Positions 61,501-64,000 of a DNA stretch of 64,000 nt are shown one piece after another. Position numbers and translations under genes: made by a program. Source of the DNA: Nitrosopumilus sp. GTDB lineage: Archaea > Thermoproteota > Nitrososphaeria > Nitrososphaerales > Nitrosopumilaceae. Under the pieces are notes generated by a model. That model was not told the DNA's origin. It searched no databases and was given only the letters and a program-made list of their open reading frames with translations. Numbering within the stretch: the first letter of the stretch is position 1; every line of letters starts with the position of its first letter. The stretch spans positions 2,103,849 to 2,167,848 of the forward strand of contig CBDBLX010000002.1 of assembly GCA_965207445.1 (NCBI GenBank), read 5' to 3'.

Positions 61501-63282
61501 TGCGACTCCTCGGATAACATAATCGTTGGTATCATTATAAATGTCGTATTTCATCTTGCCAGCAGATACTATCGTCGCAGAGCTTGATGTTCCATGACCT
61601 GAAAAATCAGTCATAACACCAAAGAATCGACCATCAGGATCTATTGCAGGCAACAATGTCCCGTTAACTGCTTGAATATTCTCAATATAGTGAGCAGTAG
61701 ACGTCATATTGGTGACAGAAAATACATCCAATACGCGTGCGCCTACCGTCCCTGCAGTATAATCAGTAATTCCATCATCATCAGAGTCATACACAAGAAA
61801 CTCATTTCCACTGCCAAGTATTATCGGCGTCTCATCTGTAAAGTCAAGATCAAAATTAGGAGTGGTACCAGGTTCGCTGACATAATCAAGCCACGAACTA
61901 CTCATATCGGGAATTATGGTGTCATAAACACCAGATGTAGTAGAATCTACTACCAACACTGGCACTACTTGGGCCTTGGGAGCACCATTCTCAGAACCTA
62001 ATCCGGCCAAGCTCATTTGAAATATAGCACCTAACCGATAATTACCACTTTGTGACTTTATGTAATCTTGACTGTTACTTCCTATCTTCATATCTTGATT
62101 TAGTACTCCTTCAAATATTGGTGCGTTCCCCACTGCAGGATACAAAGAGTTGTAAACTGATAATGTAGTCCCATTACCACCTTGGTATATATCAAGAAAT
62201 ACACCTTCGGATGATACATACACAACAGAGTCAAATTCTTCTGAGAGCTCACCATGATGGTTTCTGATAATACCATTTTGATCGATGTTTGCATAAAATG
62301 TACTATTAGTCAATACTATGCCTTGTCCATCAGGATCAAGCATAACAGGATGGTTAGTGATCGGATCTCTTGCAAGAGAGTGTTGAATATCAGGATTTGA
62401 AAAATCAACTCCCGTATCCACAATTGCAATTGTCACTCCTTTACCAGTGGCATTGTATTTAGTAGCATCATGATCGAGTCCCACTACAACAGGTATGTTA
62501 GTTGCATCCTTTGTTGAATCACGCTCATGTGCATATGGCTTTGATAAAGTATCATGTCCTCCTAAAAAGTATGAATTATCCACTCTGGAATTATCATTTG
62601 CAGTGATCATATTTTGGAAGCCACTAGCAACAAGATTATCATACATTGCATTATCACTAGAGTGAAAATCAAGGGGTACATCGGGAATAACCAAAAACCC
62701 ACTAGATGACAACTGTGCAGCAGATTCTGGAGACATAAATGCAAGTGAGTACAATCCACCATTGGGCAATGTTCCACTAGACGGACTTTGATGTGCGTGG
62801 GACGAACCAACATGAATGGGATTTGTACCAAACACCATATAGCGCTTTAGTGAATCTGTACTAACAGTATGAAAAATCTCAGAGTCAAAATCTATCAATG
62901 CAGTATCAAACATAGATTGTTTATAGTTACTAATACCATGACGTGTCATATACACATATGGCTCTTCAGTATATAGATTCCACGGTAATCCAAGTTGCGA
63001 TATATGAGTATTTGACATAGTGTATGGTGCATGATTTTTGTTATTGTTTGTATTATGTATGGTAGTAGAATTAAACGCAGGCGAATATATGGAAGAGGTA
63101 ATAGACATATCTGATTGTGCAAAAGCCCACGCATGACACGCAGTTGTCGTATCACATGCATCAATCAATATCACAGTATCAAATATAGTATAAAGAAAGA
63201 AGACAGATATTGCAAGCATGAATATTATCAAAAATACAACGAGGTAGTTGTGATCAATAGTGGACATACGGTACAGATACAT
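58597..63282 (-). CDS. Large membrane-anchored S8 subtilase
   Basis: VDTGVD, HGTS, SAGNSG, GGTSMAAP; N- and C-terminal TM segments. Confidence 0.93.
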   Translation of the reverse strand: MYLYRMSTIDHNYLVVFLIIFMLAISVFFLYTIFDTVILIDACDTTTACHAWAFAQSDMSITSSIYSPAFNSTTIHNTNNNKNHAPYTMSNTHISQLGLPWNLYTEEPYVYMTRHGISNYKQSMFDTALIDFDSEIFHTVSTDSLKRYMVFGTNPIHVGSSHAHQSPSSGTLPNGGLYSLAFMSPESAAQLSSSGFLVIPDVPLDFHSSDNAMYDNLVASGFQNMITANDNSRVDNSYFLGGHDTLSKPYAHERDSTKDATNIPVVVGLDHDATKYNATGKGVTIAIVDTGVDFSNPDIQHSLARDPITNHPVMLDPDGQGIVLTNSTFYANIDQNGIIRNHHGELSEEFDSVVYVSSEGVFLDIYQGGNGTTLSVYNSLYPAVGNAPIFEGVLNQDMKIGSNSQDYIKSQSGNYRLGAIFQMSLAGLGSENGAPKAQVVPVLVVDSTTSGVYDTIIPDMSSSWLDYVSEPGTTPNFDLDFTDETPIILGSGNEFLVYDSDDDGITDYTAGTVGARVLDVFSVTNMTSTAHYIENIQAVNGTLLPAIDPDGRFFGVMTDFSGHGTSSSATIVSAGKMKYDIYNDTNDYVIRGVAPDAKILPVKAIWLGDVVYGWLWSAGFENYNASWKFSGIPRADIISNSFGISTFPNVGSAPGYDILSLVLDMLVMPRSLDDDYPGVVMVASAGNSGHGYGTVSTPGVASFGISVGASTNNVFVGYGPFKDQPRFGVTSVENDSDDDNDNNNNNDNNNLDNVDIPHNGHPVDFTSRGPGVIGDVRPDVISMGAFGFVPQSMMGASQSADTRDPFTLYGGTSMAAPMVAGVSALIMSELTENLIDYDPFIVRNILMSTALDTHNDPFVQGAGLADAGTALEFVHGDGGVFVVYNEDSYQQIRKILQPAISSVNLTNTGIDAFELPDRNIPMTAWFAGHLESGDRSTVTFKVENPNSDAIRVDVTPQVMSLVHRTIYDGTTVPHQQDPILNDTNVYTPNYIRLSDVYSDNHLGGLLDDGDVPFLDNVSLLILDVNFAFSDFMNMSTDVYADDISIASLYLYDWIDANDDSEITSNELILVTRGGSWGTVQEIRVSDPATLFEGIPIVGIYPVPQRYSYWVGQNGMNATALDYTISAEYYTKKIWNDVLWPENKEILIGANDVGTVDITLVTTNDTEVGVHQGFIEFASDDHTVNVPVSFVVKTSIRAFDTGVSIKPVLSDVYDDVHMSDLSDTDTFSLGTIYHNSYTRGSFDMVGRYMAGDWRNYYFDVYDESIGIATVELSWQSPDTSMSIFAVDPTGKIIQTNVPSGVFGHFLDWPSIDWLGVTPFSEGGGFYPVSGDVENDYTSALITIPINGSGMYTIMTHTTLYGAESIIEPISMNVKFYRDISNISTSVTLDTNLLDRNIPSDNTILDDLGQNSGNLIDGAMIDHNVIDHNTIDNTLNPPIDKMFDNIVDNTADILLPPNTSQIDSEISIDGGTDNIVDNTADNTADNTADSVDSFADISETTPTQNSSDSTFGMGIVVGAVIGGIIAIVGSFIAFHRLKNNTTSEITPVYKTDVDYNRTQHTPV

Positions 63283-63481
63283 TACAATTGTATGACAATC
63301 ATGGCAATATAATTATCATCACAAAGCAAAATGATTCAACAAATTTGGCAATACAGGAGTGTTTAGACAATGTCTTAAAGAATACAATTGAGTCGCCATC
63401 GCATTAAAATATAATATATGATTGGTTAATGTTTTAGGCAAAGTATCATCAAATATTCAAACACCAAAATTACAAAAACGG

Positions 63482-64000
63482 TTATCTCCGCCTTGCCAAT
63501 ATGGCAATCTGAAGGGCAACTATAACCCCAATTGATGCGATAATTGGGAATAAAAGGGAGTTTAGTTGAGAAGATGCTTCGCTCACAAACGCTACTGATG
63601 TAGATATACTATCAGTACTGTGGTCGATCTTGGTACTTGCATCATCAAGTGTTGCATTAAATCCATATATTTCAGATTTTAAGATCTCCAGTTCACTTGA
63701 AGTCTCATTTAGTATAGAGTTCAATAATATTATTTGATCGGATATTCCACCTAAATCCTGACTCAATACATTTGTTGCAGCAGAACTATGTGATGTAGTG
63801 CCTTGACTAAATACTACCACGTGAAATACATGTGTACCTTCCTCAACAGGTACATACTCTACAAAATACAGACCCTGATGCAATGTCTCAAATGATTCTG
63901 AGAGGGGCACATATTTGCCAGATGGGAGATGCACATGAGTAGTCTCAAGTAATTCGGAAGGGTCGTTTCCTATCAATAATCCATCACTAGTTGTTTGTAC
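63482..64000 (-). CDS. 3' part of a hypothetical protein with a coiled coil and C-terminal TM anchor (partial)
   Basis: ORF appears to run off the window end; LLFPIIASIGVIVALQIAILARRR. Confidence 0.8.
   Translation of the reverse strand, partial: VQTTSDGLLIGNDPSELLETTHVHLPSGKYVPLSESFETLHQGLYFVEYVPVEEGTHVFHVVVFSQGTTSHSSAATNVLSQDLGGISDQIILLNSILNETSSELEILKSEIYGFNATLDDASTKIDHSTDSISTSVAFVSEASSQLNSLLFPIIASIGVIVALQIAILARRR

Overview
Chromosomal segment of an ammonia-oxidising archaeon (Thaumarchaeota/Nitrososphaerota, Nitrosopumilaceae-like). Support: type IB topoisomerase, RadA, proteasome alpha, LysW lysine/arginine operon, two 3HP/4HB-cycle enzymes and a BHB-intron tRNA. Long AT-rich intergenic gaps, many MITEs and IS scars, low-complexity insertions in core enzymes, a TPR gene and an adhesin-like gene suggest a host-associated (possibly sponge) lineage; that is inference. 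The core backbone is interrupted at four points. (1) A cbtAB + regulator block splits the lys operon and leaves a duplicated lysY 3' end. (2) A type III R-M operon, preceded by an 11-bp tandem repeat, sits between two carbon-fixation genes. (3) A GC-richer TPR gene with an antitoxin-like tail and a truncated YafQ-like toxin start lies between 74-bp hairpin-containing direct repeats, next to a candidate structured RNA. (4) A 5.8-kb IS1595-bounded nested element (TIRs and 8-bp TSD intact) holds an IS630 inside a MITE, a second MITE of that family, an ISH3 remnant, and a high-GC surface-protein gene with an in-frame C15 tract (candidate phase variation). No CRISPR array or rRNA was seen. All homology calls are from motif recognition, not database searches.
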